A stretch of DNA of 58,545 bases, filler included, from Asterionella formosa (Eukaryota), in the NCBI GenBank assembly GCA_002256025.1. It is 8 parts of 8 records of this genome, joined end to end, with 100 filler letters (N's around TTAATTAATTAA, not from the genome) between each part and the next. Parts side by side here need not be neighbours in the genome. Positions count along the whole stretch, not along the records: positions 22,015 to 29,245 come from NKIB01012496.1; positions 29,346 to 36,577 come from NKIB01012497.1; 6 more parts are not named here. One strand, written 5' to 3'. The notes under the pieces were generated by a model. It saw only the letters and a list, made by a program, of their open reading frames with translations. It searched no databases and was not told the origin of the DNA. Both the position numbers and the translations under genes were made by a program. The number at the start of each line of letters is the position of its first letter. The first letter of the stretch is position 1. Shown here piece after piece: positions 23,411 through 36,677 of the stretch.

Positions 23411-23870
23411 GACGATGCGGAACGAATTAAATATAGGAAAGAGTTTGCCTTCTTGCTTGCCTTCGCCTTTTTCTACAGCCTGACAAAAGGAGTCTAATGG
23501 AAAGATCACGCTAATGGTCGTCTATATACTCTGAGCCAACATCTAGGATAGGGCTCTGAAAGAAATGCAGTGTTGCACTAATGACCAAATAGAACATCGT
23601 CACATTACCGGTACCGGTACCCTGGTATATTTTCCGATGTGCACAAAATAAAGGCTAGTGGTACCCTGGTAACTGGTACCAGGTACCCTCGTAACGGTAA
23701 TCGCACCATCGGTAATAATGCGATGACTGTTTATCATGGTCCATGTACGGTATGTGACACATGTACTCGGGGTGAGCTTATCTGGAACAAGTACGAAATG
23801 GTACTCCTGGTAGACTACCGGTAACCTGGTAATAATAAACCTGTAATCTGTGACCAGGTACCTGGTTACA

Positions 23871-23963
23871 GCACGTTGAGGTCATTTTACTTAAATAAAC
23901 AATTCGATATGGGATAAAAATAGCTAACTTTTTAGTTCCAGCAAAATTACCGCAACTTGCAGG
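23871..23963. mobile_element. ~95-bp MITE, copy B
   Basis: GCACGTTGAGGTCATTTTACTT...TTTAGTTCCAGCAAAATTACCGCAACTTGCAGG. It aligns to the reverse complement of 14680-14775 and sits inside a GGTACC-rich tract. Confidence 0.7.
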
Positions 23964-24386
23964 CACCATGACACCATGGTACCCGTAAGCACTGCCCATG
24001 CACGAATAGTATTATTAAAAAATGAGAAAATCGTTACCTAATAGTTCAATGCAGAATATTACAGCACATCTCAGCCAAAAGTACCGTAAATGCCTTGCTT
24101 TTGTCAAAATTTTACTTCGTGGAAAAGATGAAAAATAAAATAGCCGTCGTGGTCATTCTTAATTGTATTTTAACCAAATGTCTGCCAAACATTCTGAGAC
24201 CCACCACACAACGAAGGACGAGATCAAATTTTTAACAATGGTACCTGGTACAAGGTACCAGTAGACCGGTTAGCGGTAAATGATAAAATATATGGAATCC
24301 AACAAGTTGAGGATCGATATAATTAGTGATTAGAAACCAAGGCATGCAATATGTTTACGGGTATATGAATCACTGTCTAATCATGA

Positions 24387-24605
24387 TGTAGATCCATGTG
24401 TCTGTCTGTTTGTCTGTGAACGCCTGTCGTGTGTTCTCGCCATACTCTCTTTCTTTACCATACTCTAATCACTCTTTTGACATAACCCCTTCAAACCTCC
24501 TATTCAGCTTGTCAGGTTAGTTAATTGACTCACATTACTCTCCTCCTTCATCCTCGTCATTGTTCGCTACTGTTCCCTTTTTCACTACGGGCTGTGAGCC
24601 CAAGC
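24387..24605 (+). mobile_element. Possible remnant Copia 5' LTR with primer-binding site
   Basis: TGTAG...CTACG inverted ends (~200 bp apart) immediately followed by GGCTGTGAGCCCAAG, which resembles the GGTTATGRGCCC PBS of Copia elements. Confidence 0.35.
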
Positions 24606-27064
24606 TGTTTTGTTGAAAGAAACGAAATTGTTGATTGTTAATTCGATCTCACCATCAGCACTGATCACAAAATCTTGTTTGCATTCAATTTTTTTCACCT
24701 CGTTCATTTGTCTGCTACATCTGTCTAGCTATATACTACACTACACAGCAGCAGCAGACAATTGTATTGATAAGTCTTTTTCAAACAAGTGTTATTTGGC
24801 ATTCAGAGGTCGCCTTCTTCCTTTAGTTTGCAATACATTGTCATCAGTGTATTCTTTTTTGTCGTGAATCATTTTCATACCATCACACTATTTTGGGTAT
24901 GAAGATACTCCACAAAATGATCATCTGTGCACAAGTGTTTTATAAGTACCAGGTACCACAATACAACTACTACCGGTAGGTTGTTCTCATTGAATCAGAT
25001 CTCTTCCACTTTCGATTTATTTCACTGTGGCTGGGTGCAAAGTTTGGGAAGATCGGGTAGGGTCATGTAGATATAGTACAAACAATAACCCTAACCCTTC
25101 TACTGATATAATTATCACGCAAAAAACTTGTTGTTTTGCCTTGACAATGGCCTTAACCGACTGTCGCTTTTCTTTGTTCCTTGCTATGATCTCGCAGATT
25201 CATCACCAGTTCGAGCATTGTAAAATTTTGAAATAATAGAATGAGTTGATGGATCCACAAGGGCACTTAATTCCTTTGAGTATTTGCCGTTTTTTGCATT
25301 GGTGTGACCATAAGCACTAGCAAATGACTTGCTATTACTAAGCAAATGCATAGGACATTTGGTCTATGGTGGAGCAATGGACCATGAGAAGTATGAAATA
25401 CCGAAATACATTGTGTTTTAGATACAGTCACCCAGCTTCTTATGCTTTCCTCCAAAGATGTTCATAAACAGAAGTATAGCAGTATATATATGTCTTCAGA
25501 ACACTCAAGTGCAGAATATAAGTTTGAATGGATGCACATTCCTGTTCCAAGAAAAAATAACAAAGATTACACATCTCCCATAACATGCATTAGAAACTTC
25601 ATCCATGCATCCTGGATCGACAAAGGCATTCTATTGTGGACACAAAAAAGTTCAATTAGTCCTCCCTTCCAAGACACTCTAATCAATTGTCTGACTTAAT
25701 CCACTTCCAATTTTTATTTCGACTTCGTCTTCCCACAACATTTTTCAATATTTTAACAGATCTTATCCTTCTTGTGAGTCTTGTTGAAAGTTGTAGCTAT
25801 CTTCCTCCTATCCTTGTACTTTTATTGAAATGAAAAGACATTCCCTTCAGCAAGCTTTTGACAATTCTGACAAGTTGTCTCTTCTTACTATTTGGACACG
25901 GGCTTGGATTTATGCCGACATGCAAGGATTTACTTCTGTGCCTTGATTTGTTTTTCATGTTATCTTTCCTCGTTTTGTTCCTTTTCCTATTCCTTTCCCT
26001 TCATAACTGAAAATCAAATCCATGCATTGAACAATTCCATGAAACATCGAATGAATGGTACAAACTGTCACCAAGAGTGGCCAGGACTGTTCTTTATCAG
26101 GGAGGAGATGTTGCTGGTTAATAATATAGAAAAAGGCTTAGATGGTGAGGATCAAGCAATGACAAATGGAGGTTTTCATCATGGTGAGAGAGGTGATTGA
26201 GTGCAAGGTTGTGGCTGAGCGTGTTACTAAAATAAGAAAGTCAACATGATTCATTATTAATAACGACTGGTATATTCACACACATTCACGAATACCGAAA
26301 TGAACATCGAATAAAACGACTCTACATATATGTATGCAAAACAAATATTTCGTGATGCTGAATTTCCAACATACTACAAGCTACCGGCGGCTACCCGATG
26401 TACTCTGCTGGTGTACCTAGCCATTCGTGCTACGTGATCGTCGTTCATACTCGCAAACCTACGCACAACTGTGTTGCACTATTGATCCATTCAGTACATC
26501 GAAAGTTGCCGGCTACTTGGTTTATCTAACTTGGCGTCGTTCGGTTCACGTGTGCACTGGAAGCACCAAGGACAGTTATCCTGCTTCCTTTTTCGTTTCG
26601 TCTTTTTATGGCTATGTACAGCGAAATTATGATACAGAAATCATTTCACTGTGACTGGCCCCCTTGTTATATCTAGATAAACCATCCACGTTTGTTGATG
26701 CGATCCACCTCATTGCACAAACGAATCGCTGATTGTCGCATCCACAGCACCATCCACGCCGTACAGTAAGGGCCGTTCTTATCAATTTTTTTCGTGTATC
26801 ACGGAATTTGAATTTTTTTGAAAATGTATCAGCAACGGTTACTCGATTTGGACTGAATTTATTCATTCCAAAAGTGTCACTGTATCACTAATTTGTGATC
26901 ACATTGTATCATGGAGTAACATTGATATTCAACTGCAACTGGCTGGCGACGATCTTGTGTATACCCCTCCAGAATATAATGATGGTCTTGATATCAAGCA
27001 GCAACATAATATATAATTACCGGAAAACTAAATATTATATTAAAAACACACATTTGCATGAATC

Positions 27065-28365
27065 ATGTCATCGCCATTTGATTTACTTGATGATAATGAT
27101 GATGACAGTAGTGATCTTGATTTCTTCTTCCTCAGTCATTTAGCTAAGAAAGCAGAGGAAAAAGAACACTCATCCAAACGACAAAGGCGACGCTGTAAAC
27201 GGTAGCTTCAGTCATCCGAACGACGAAGACAACGAAGGCACAAGTGGCACCACGAAAGAATCTCCTGGCAATCACATGTCAAGAAACTCAATCACGAGAT
27301 TGCTTTCAAGAAGACATACAGAATGTCACACAGAGCATTCAAAAAACTCACCTCCATGCTGGAAATTCAGATTGCAGGGAATTATTCCAAATGTGGCACT
27401 TCTGAGCCCATAATTCCCGAAATTGTGGTAGCCATTGGTTTGCGATGGCTGGCTGGTGGCAGTTACATCTACATTCGTCATGCCTACGGTTGTAGCATTG
27501 CTTCACTTTATCGATGTCGTGATTTGTTCATCGATGCTGTACTAAACTGTGAAGAACTCGAAATTATTTTTCCAAAGAAAAAAAAGAATTCATCAAATTG
27601 GCTTCCAGCTTTGAATGCAAAAGCTTAGAGGGCATGATGAGAGGATGTGTTGGTGCTATTGACGGCTTCCTAGCCACCATCAACCGCCCGACTATAGTTG
27701 AAAGTGGCAACAACCCTGGTTCAATTTTTTCCGGTCACTACATGACTTATGGAATCAATGTCCAGGCTGTTTGTGATGCTGACTCAAGATTTATTTATTT
27801 TGGTGTGATTGCACCGGGAAAATGCAGTGACCAAGTAGCTTTTGAAAAAACTTCCATTTTCGATCGAGTTGCAGCATTCAACACAGGTTTTTATCTGGTC
27901 GGCGATGCAGCTTACACATTGTCTGATGTTATGCTTGTTCCCTTTGTTGGCTCACAACGTGATGATCCAACACAGGATACATTTAACTTTTTCCTTTCAC
28001 AGCTGAGGATAAGAATAGAAATGGCATTTGGTCTTCTTCAGACAAAATGGTGTGTTCTGAAAAAAAACCTATCGACAAGCTTGGAAACATCTGCACGCAT
28101 TCTTGATTCATGTGCTCGACTTCATAACTATGTGATTAATGAGAAGATAATTGATAACGAGATTATCGATGATAATCAAATACTTACAGAGATAATTCCA
28201 GTCAGTTTGTCACCCCTTGGTTGGGGCTACTTGCCGACTGTGGAACCATTGTGTATATTGCCTGGAAGCTCTGTGATGCGAGATGTGATTCTTTACCAGA
28301 TTGCAAACCTTGGTCTTGCAACAACCTCCTGTGAATATAGAGAGAAGAAGGAAAGAATTACATGA
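27065..28365 (+). pseudogene. Harbinger transposase (DDE_Tnp_4/HARBI1-like), disrupted
   Basis: FKKTYRMS, IGLRWLAGGSY, GCVGAIDG, GINVQAVCDAD, YLVGDAAY, FNFFLSQLRIRIEMAFGLL, CARLHNY. Stop near 27204 and a frameshift in the A-run near 27580. Confidence 0.93.
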
Positions 28366-28414
28366 AATAAATTTAATGTAGACAAATAAATTTTTTTTTA
28401 TTCATTAGTTGGAT

Positions 28415-29245
28415 TTAATCTGATGTTTCACCTTCTGAAAGCAGATGAAAATAGTGATCCCGCTTTCTATTGCATATCTTAATTTCTAGTCGAGCCTGAA
28501 CTACTTCAGAATTATTGGAGTCATGCCCATGATTCTCCAACTCTTCCAAATCCTTCCGAGCATTCTTGAGACGACTTTTATAGAGATCCAGAACATCTAG
28601 GATCTCTTTCTCGCGTCTTGGTTTTGCTGAAGACTGAAGCACTTGAAGTTTCATTGCATTTACTCGTTCAAAACACTCTAATGCATTTTCCATTTGTATC
28701 ATAGAAGAGGAATGATGGGACAAATTGGATGAAGTAGATGAACATTTTCCTTTCTTCGAGCCAACAGTCTTTGATGATAAGGATGAAGATTTGGCACTAT
28801 CAGTACTTTCACGGAATGATGATTTTGGAAGCAATGGAACAGCGAAATGAAAATGAGAAGGTGAGGAACTTGGCACAACCATAAATGGTAGTAATATATA
28901 TAAGGTCGGCTTCCAACAAAATTAACAAAGCCATCATGACTTCCTGACTTTTTGTTGTTCCTGTATGCAATTTGGTAATGATAGTTAATGTACCCGGAGG
29001 AAGAGGCAATGACTTGTCATCGTCCTCACTGCTATTTTGCGAATTAAGAACATAGTCAGGGTCTTTGTCTGCTTCGTCTGGCTTCCCTTTCTGTGAACAA
29101 TCAGAGTCCATATCATCATTGCCACAACTCTTTTCTTCATCTTCAATAATAGATTCATCATTGTTCCTGTTGTTGTTGTGGATGCCAATCACTTCATTAT
29201 AAGTGATCATAGTAGAGGGGGGGGGGGTATAGTTGACCACCCAGC
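28415..29245 (-). pseudogene. Harbinger second (accessory) gene, frameshifted, 5'-truncated
   Basis: Overlapping ORFs 28809-29240 and 28415-28882 (acidic region, then coiled coil), convergent on the transposase. Confidence 0.55.
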
Positions 29246-29345
29246 NNNNNNNNNNNNNNNNNNNNNNNNNNNNNNNNNNNNNNNNNNNNTTAATTAATTA
29301 ANNNNNNNNNNNNNNNNNNNNNNNNNNNNNNNNNNNNNNNNNNNN
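29246..29345. other. Artificial contig spacer
   Basis: N44-TTAATTAATTAA-N44. Confidence 0.98.
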
Positions 29346-29357
29346 ATTTACAGACGA

Positions 29358-29732
29358 GGTTCACTGCACATCACGATTACTCAAAGATATAACGATCACT
29401 TGACCAACAATTGAAAACATCGTTATCGCAAACAATCATTCCACTTGTCATCGATAGTATTTTGTTGTTGTTGCGAAATTGGAATGATGACAGATTGAAA
29501 TGATGAGCCAAATTACATTACTTTATCGGTACATTATCCTACCAAGAAATTGAAATACAGTAATATAATAGAAACAATGCATAAAATAATTAAATATTCA
29601 TAGTCAAAAGGGTCACGATTTAAATTTCAAGGGCATTTATCAAAATTATTAGATGATATAACGAAAAATTATGATCAGATGATCACAATCCTATGATGCA
29701 TCATGGGAATATGATAGTTTTTTTTGCAGATG
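29358..29732. repeat. ~370-bp dispersed repeat, copy 2
   Basis: Aligns to 11530-11900. Confidence 0.9.
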
Positions 29733-30149
29733 AAAGTACCCTGTATAGGCAGTTTTTGGAACGTTTTCAACCGGTTTTCGTCCTCCAAAGCCAGGCATAC
29801 TAGGCATCGCAACCTTTCCAATACAAGCAAGGTATCGGTCATTTGATATTTTATATTGCCAAGACAAGGTGATACTGACCAATACAAGATGAATTCGCAT
29901 CTGGTTCTCTATTAAATTTAATGAATTCCTTTATTTCAAATTAAAATAAGTGCTAGTTAAATAGCTCAAATCGTAATTTGCAATTCATTTTTTCTTGTTG
30001 AAGCTAGTAGAACTACAGTTGACATGAATCGCTGTACATGCTATAGGAAATGATTCTAGAGTCTATTTACTATTTTACAATGTAATAATATATAGCATAG
30101 AATGCATTTTTCTATTGTTATTGAGGACTTCTACTAGAAACAAATTTAC

Positions 30150-30560
30150 TCCTGACCTTGAATATCCTCCATCAAGCAGAATGAAACCATTCCGGCATTC
30201 TTCTTGCTCTTCTTTCTCATCATCTAATTTTCATTGTCATTATACCACAGTTCTAGCACCTGCACAAACTTGTTGATGTACATGCTCTTTTGTGAAGGCA
30301 ATGCAGCAACTTCTTCTCTGCCCAGAAACCCAACAGTCGTGCAGTGTTCCATGCTGTCCTTGATGAGGACAGCCTTGATTGTTGCCAATGGTTTGCCCAG
30401 CAATACATCCTCCACCACAACAGCCAGCTTGAACCTGATCACATCCTCATCAGCCTTAACTGCCTTCCCACCACCACAGCATTCATGTTGCTCACATGAG
30501 CATCCATTGTTGGAAGCATTCAGTCCAACAAGCAACTCCCCATTGTGGCAGACATTGATT
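30150..30560 (-). pseudogene. Decayed small protein with a G-x-SCEQH-x-CCG / VGFL (HIRAN-like) domain
   Basis: GELLVGLNASNNGCSCEQHECCG...IKAVLIKD..EHCTTVGFL...VQVLE. A frameshifted tail reads KSKKNAGMVSFCLMED. Confidence 0.5.
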
Positions 30561-31209
30561 GTTGTTGATCTTGTTGTTGACATGATCAATAAATACATCT
30601 AGGATGTATTGTTGTTTCTTGTTGTTGAAATGATTAAAATATACATCTAGGATGCAGTGGTAGTACCATTATTAGTACTGGGGTTCCCTAGTGGTATCTA
30701 CCATAGTTTGTAATGGTAAGTAGTGTCATTCAATATCCGCCACAAACATATCACGTTTCTTTGTCAATTGGGTGTTTGGTGCCACAACCTCGACAAAAGT
30801 GTAAAACTGTACCGGTAATCCTGTCGTTGCAGGATGAATGATGACGCACGCAACCTACCGGTATGTGTACATATTGAATCTACAGCTCCATGATTGTGCT
30901 ATGTATGTAGCTGTATGTAGCTGCCCCGGTTTCAATCAACATTGTGGTTGGTATTGTAAAAACAGAACAAAAGAGCTTCCACAAGACCGCAGCAAAACAT
31001 CAATCATTGCAATCAAGTGACCGGTATAGTTGAATGTGCTGCTGTGATGATACATACAGTATCCATGATTGATAGTATCACCATTGATGTGCTGTAAGAT
31101 TGTATACGGTACTTTTACATTCTTGAGGACAATGGAAACGATTGATTGTAATACCGGTAGTCAACTGGAAGCCAAACGAAAGTCGAACCAGACAGCAGGA
31201 ACAAGAACA

Positions 31210-33698
31210 ATGATGAGGAGGATATCAATGTCTCGCATCACACGCGCAGCATGGCAATGGAAATTTCCTGCTCATGTTCTTGTTATCATTGTCTTGACAG
31301 CAAGCCTTTTCCATCATCCGGCTTCCGGATTGTCAACAACTAATACATACCTAGTACTAGTAGGACATTCAAACCTGCCGTCAACTCGTAGAGGCGCTTC
31401 TCCATTGCTCATGACGAAGAAGAAGGAGGACGACGATATGAATGTCCTTTCCGACTTGGATGCTCGTGTCCTTCAATCCATGTTGCGAGAAAAGAATGTG
31501 TTAGATTTGCAACAAGAAGTAAATATGAAGAAATTATTAGAACGTGCTGTGAGACCAAAATCAACCACAACAACAACAACGGATCTACCAAAATCAAACA
31601 AGGACAATGGACCATATTCATCGGAATTGTTCAAGGTATGTGTTTATAGAGTATCTGTCAACACTACTTACTATTTGCTTATTATGATACATCCTCACAA
31701 AACTTCCACATTTTATTTTATAATATATATATATATATACAATTTGTTATATAGACACTCTCGGATACAAAATTATGGAAATCACTTCAAGCCAAGGCAG
31801 ATGAAGTATTGGAATCGGCGAAATTATTTGTAACAAATCGTATCGAACGGGATGTTACATTATTAGCAAATGTTGGATTATTTGCTTGGGATCGTGCCGT
31901 CCGAGATGTTGCTCGAGCCTTGCCTGCAACTGCAACAACAATAAGGACTACTACTGCTTCTAGTACGAGTACGACACGACAATTTCTACTTGGAAATTCG
32001 TCAAGTTACTTTCCTACACCATCATCTACCATGGAGGAGCTTAATACACCACTTGATGAAATCAAAAGTGTAACACAAGCCATTCGAGATATTTTATTTA
32101 ATGGTGATACTGTAACAACAACAACGACCAATCGTCGTTCACTCCGGACTGTAGCACCTGCAGGTCAGGCCAATAGTCAAGAACGTCAACGTCGAGCCTA
32201 TGCAAGAAGGAAAGAAACAACATTCAAACAAGAAGGGACTATAAACATGAATCTTGGAACCATTTCTGATACAGCATGGGAAATCAAACGTGAGTTGGAA
32301 GTCGAGACAAGTCGACCAGGATATCGAACTGAATCGATTCGGAATGCTATTGAGGCAGGTACTCAAACAACGGTACGAGTGATTGGAGCTGTGAAGGAGG
32401 GGAAGACTCTTCGACAAGCCTTATTTGGTGAAAAAGAAAAACCCGCTTTGGAATCTAATGTCGTCGTCGTTGAAACTGCAAGAGTACCTACTGTTGAAAT
32501 GGAAATTGACAATGAAATGTGCTTGGAAGCAATGAATGCTCCCATGGACCGACCGATTCCTGAAAGTCTCCTAGAGGAACAGTTGAATGTGATGTTACGA
32601 TTAAGAAAATGCATTGAACAGCCTGAAGAAACATGGCTTACTGCTAATGTTTTGGAATCGATCAACATGCAAATCAATGATGAGCGTCTGCTAGAAACTG
32701 TGACCGCAATGATTAATGCACGAGATGAGTTGTTGGATGTTATGGACGAAGAAGTTTCGACCATACAGACCATACAGCAACTTGTATCACAATTGAAAAA
32801 CGTGAAGAGTCGAATTGATTCCATCATCTCTTTGGCTGCAGTATCAGCGGGTGATGTGGCGGCATCTCGCTTGAAAGACTTTCTCTACGGCACCAATACT
32901 AACAGCAGTAATGATACAGCAGTTTTACTATCCATTGATGATATTCAAGCACAATACGAAGCAAGCGAAATGAATGACATTATGGAAACTGAAGCCCGTA
33001 CAAATGCTAAACGACTCGAGATTGCAGGAGTACGTCCACGTCAGGTACAAGTCGAAGAGGACGAAATAGTTCTCAACGAGATTGACAGATCTGAAGTGGC
33101 CAGCAGGACCACGCAGTTTGCAAGCAAAGCAGCAGGAGAAGCGTTAAATCGCAAGGTTTGGTTTGCCGATTCTATTGAGAGTGAAGAAGATTGGAGTTCG
33201 GATACAATTTTTGAAAGTGACGAGAAGGTGGCTCACACTGCTGAACTTGTTATGGGGTACGATGATGACTTTTTTACTACCTATGTACCTGAAGTTATTG
33301 CCACCAACTACATGGACGTCATGGTATCCAATGTGGATAGATCCAATGTGCCGAACGTAGCCAAGATTTATGATGACGACTTTTCTTTCGTTTCGACTGC
33401 TACTGAAATCGTTAGCGATTTGGAGTATGATTCTCTGAAGTCAGCAGTGATTGTGGGGCAAGATGAGGAAGAAGGCGAAGTATTCAAGGAGGACGAGAAC
33501 ATCGTTATCCAGCTATCGCTTCGCTTGTTAGATGTTGTCGTCCTTATTGTGGAAAAGATTATAATTTCGGGCATTCCGAATCTCCTGTCGCTCGGAATGA
33601 CTGTCTCTACTCGGCTTGATGAAACTAGTAGAGGTGGGCTAGGCCGAATAGGCTGGAAACGACTTGTAAACTCCAAGAGCGGGTCGAAGCGCTATTGA
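31210..33698 (+). CDS. Hypothetical protein, probably plastid-targeted; exons 31210-31635 and 31755-33698 (~790 aa)
   Basis: Phase-0 GTATG..TAG intron at 31636-31754 joins ORFs 31069 and 31809 in frame. A hydrophobic signal ends in ASG|L, followed by an S/T/R-rich transit-like segment. Confidence 0.8.
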
Positions 33699-34521
33699 GA
33701 TGTCGCAAGTTTTGTGGAAGTGAATGAAACTTAATTAAGAAAATGACTACATAGTACTATATAGCATCCCTTTAAATTGAGCTATGAGCTAGGGTTTCAG
33801 CATCTCTTCTTTATTGTGCATAGCTTCTTACATTTTCGAAAATCCATGTAACATTTTTCTGACAGCAAAATGATGGGCAAGAAAGTTTTAATGATTCGAA
33901 CATGAATGACTGCATTTCAATATGACCAACATTTCTATTTTGGCTTACCTTGTCACCAGATTGATAGTTCCTTTTCTCTTAGTTGTCTGTATTCAACAAT
34001 GGAAGCCAGAGCAAAGTCAGAACTTGTATCATTGAACTATTCATTTATACACAAACATGTGTAAATCAATTCAATGACGATTTGTTTGTTCACATATCTT
34101 TGTGAAATGATTTGCTGATTACACATTCAGCATGACTCTTTATGGTAGCATTACCTTTCATCTCGAAAAGTCAAGTATCATTGTTCCTAAAAGCGATAGG
34201 AATTGATGAGCAAGTCAAATAAGTTTGAATGATTCGACCTTTTAACTGCACATTGACAGCAACATTTCAATTTTGACATACCTCGTCCTCAGGATGATTG
34301 TTCTTGTTCTTCTATTTATCTGTAGCAGCCACTGATTGTGGTGACAAGTCAGAACTCGATGATAGGTATGTATCAAGCAGTGAAACAACCATATTACTGC
34401 TCACATTTGTTTGCAGCGACAAATGGATTCAATTTCGCAATCATTTCTATAACACATCATCGTCAAAATCCACATTCTTCTTTCAACAAACGCAAATAAG
34501 AATTCAAGATATATCACGACG

Positions 34522-34812
34522 CTGCAGCCCACTAGTAGGATACTTTGCATCAAATCATGATCAATGGAGAACAACGCACAACGTTAGAATTCATGAGCAA
34601 GCAGCAGTGCTTCTGGAGTGACGAGTACAGCAAACAAGCAACAACAAACCACATCTCAAGTTTTATCATGCTGGCTGCGGCCCACAAGTAGCCAGGCTAC
34701 TTTGCATCACATCACGATCAATGGAGAACAATGCACAACTTTAGAATACATGAGCGAGTAGTAGTGCTTCCGGAGTAACGAGTACAGCAAACAAGAAAGA
34801 AAAAACCACATC
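34522..34812. repeat. Tandem duplication, 2 copies with ~155-bp period
   Basis: GCTGC.GCCCAC..GTAG...GATCAATGGAGAACAA...ACGAGTACAGCAAACAAG...AAACCACATCT occurs twice. Confidence 0.85.
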
Positions 34813-34896
34813 TGTTGCAATTTTCAGCATTTGCGATTGCATCATTTGCAGCAGCACTCCCGCAGTGTGGGTTTCAAATTTAAATCAATCGCTTCA

Positions 34897-35118
34897 AGGC
34901 CCCGTCTTACGGTGCCCGAATTACGAAGATTCAGTCGCCCGGATACCTGTTGGGCGTTTAATCTTCGTAAATATCTCGCAAATCCCCCCGATTACGAAGA
35001 TTAATCTTCGTTCGCCCGAATATTTCGAGGGTCATCCCCGATATTGATCCAATCTTCGAATTTTCTTGAACAATCTTCGTTTCCAGAAGATTCGAATAAA
35101 TACGCTAGTGTGGTCGGC
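34897..35118. mobile_element. MITE-like element with repeated GAAGATT/AATCTTC motifs in both orientations
   Basis: About 7 copies of (C)GAAGATT or AATCTTCG between GC-rich ends GGCCCCGTCTTAC and TAGTGTGGTCGGC. Confidence 0.45.
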
Positions 35119-36577
35119 AGAACAACTTACATGGTGCACAAGGAAAGAAAGATAAAGGTTGAAAAGAAAGATCTTAAAGATATATATACCCACGTCGTTC
35201 TAGCGCATTCGGTGTCCTAGCTCGTACGTTGTACTATCGCTAAAGCACTGTAATGGCTAGTTAGTACACTGTACCGTATGACACAGTACGTGCACCCACG
35301 CGCCCACACTGCACTGCAATATTCATGCAGTCCCCTCGAATACATGGGAGGTGAAACCAAACAAATATACCACTAAACATCGACCTGGATTCGGTGCCAC
35401 ACGTCATTGCGTGCCCAGGAGGTGACCGGTGTCATAGGTTATGACATCGCGATGAACCTTGGCTTCAATCTTTGACCCACTGTGATCCATCAATACATGA
35501 ACTTGTCGCACAAATACTCTTGTGTAATTTGGGGTAATGGCTTTGTCAGCACATCAGCCAAATTAGTCTTTCCATCTTCCTTTGTTACCCGAATCATCCC
35601 TGCCGCCACAGCTTCTCTTGCTCTGTGATACGCTGTAGCATTATGTTTCTTTTTCAAAGTCGATTCTGGATGAATCGTGTTATTCATCACCGCCTCGTTG
35701 TCGCAGAAAACGTTAGTCGGTCCATCGATTGGGATTCCAAACATTCTCAGCTTATACCTCAATGCCTCAATCAGTTCGACCGAGATCTTCAAAGCCACAA
35801 ATTCGCTACCAAACGTCGATGTCTTGACAGTGTTCTGTTGCTTACTGTACCATATAATTGGAGCCCGATTCACAAAAGTCAGTATCCCAGTCTGCGAGCG
35901 CCTCATCTCCCGATTCCCCGCATGATCCGCATCCACAAAACAGTGAGTAGATACAACATTACCTCTGGGCTCGGGTGCGTCCCCTGGAATAGACTCCTGC
36001 GCTCCCCTGTAAAAGTCATGCCAATCGCATTTAACAAACCTGGACTCGTTTATGTCGGGGTGTGTTGGATCAAAGATCAACGTCCTCTTCTTGGGTTTCG
36101 CTTTCAAATATCCGAACATGTGATATACCTGCTGTAAGTGTCCGCTTCTTGGCAACGCTAGGTGAGTAGATAACATAGAAAGAACTTCCATAGCAATGTC
36201 TATTCGTCCAAGCTCCACTGCCCAGTGGAGCACGCCGATCAATTCCTGGTAGTATCTCACGCCTTCAATCTTTAGTTCTGCAGAGGTATCCAGTTCCGGT
36301 CTATAATTCCCCTGCAATGGGGTAGTGCACCTCGTTGGAAGCCGCTGACCCGACTCGTCGAGTTTGAACTCTACATTGGCGATGGCCGCCTTGACATACT
36401 GCTCTGAAGTCATGGCCCAACAACACTCAACTCCGCCGACTATTTTCTGCATTACCTGGGCTCCCAGGTAATTTTCCGGCTTCTCGACTTGATCGTCCTT
36501 CAATTTGAAGGTCGACTGTATCCCGCTCATAGTCGCTCTAGGCTGCGCTGAAATGCAAAGAATGTCATCAACATATA
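35119..36577 (-). mobile_element. Ty1/Copia (CoDi-like) 3' portion: RT C-terminus, RNase H, PPT and 3' LTR
   Basis: YVDDIL at the contig edge, YQELIGVLHWAVELGRIDI, CFVDADHAG, TSTFGSEFVA, NLADVLTKPL (stop 35490). PPT GAGGGGAC at 35337-35330, then TG-starting LTR 35329 to ~35119. Confidence 0.93.
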
Positions 36578-36677
36578 NNNNNNNNNNNNNNNNNNNNNNN
36601 NNNNNNNNNNNNNNNNNNNNNTTAATTAATTAANNNNNNNNNNNNNNNNNNNNNNNNNNNNNNNNNNNNNNNNNNNN
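36578..36677. other. Artificial contig spacer
   Basis: N44-TTAATTAATTAA-N44. Confidence 0.98.

Larger units (their letters stand above)
26770..29245 (+). mobile_element. PIF/Harbinger DNA transposon (second family; right end off the contig)
   Basis: TAA + GGGCCGTTCTTATCA terminus with GTATCA subterminal repeats, a HARBI1-like transposase and a convergent second gene. Confidence 0.75.

Noticed and set aside
25260..26200. Second KolX-like remnant on the minus strand (..GKHKKLGDCI..)
   Set aside because: The match is too short and degenerate. The region looks like decayed coding DNA but cannot be assigned.
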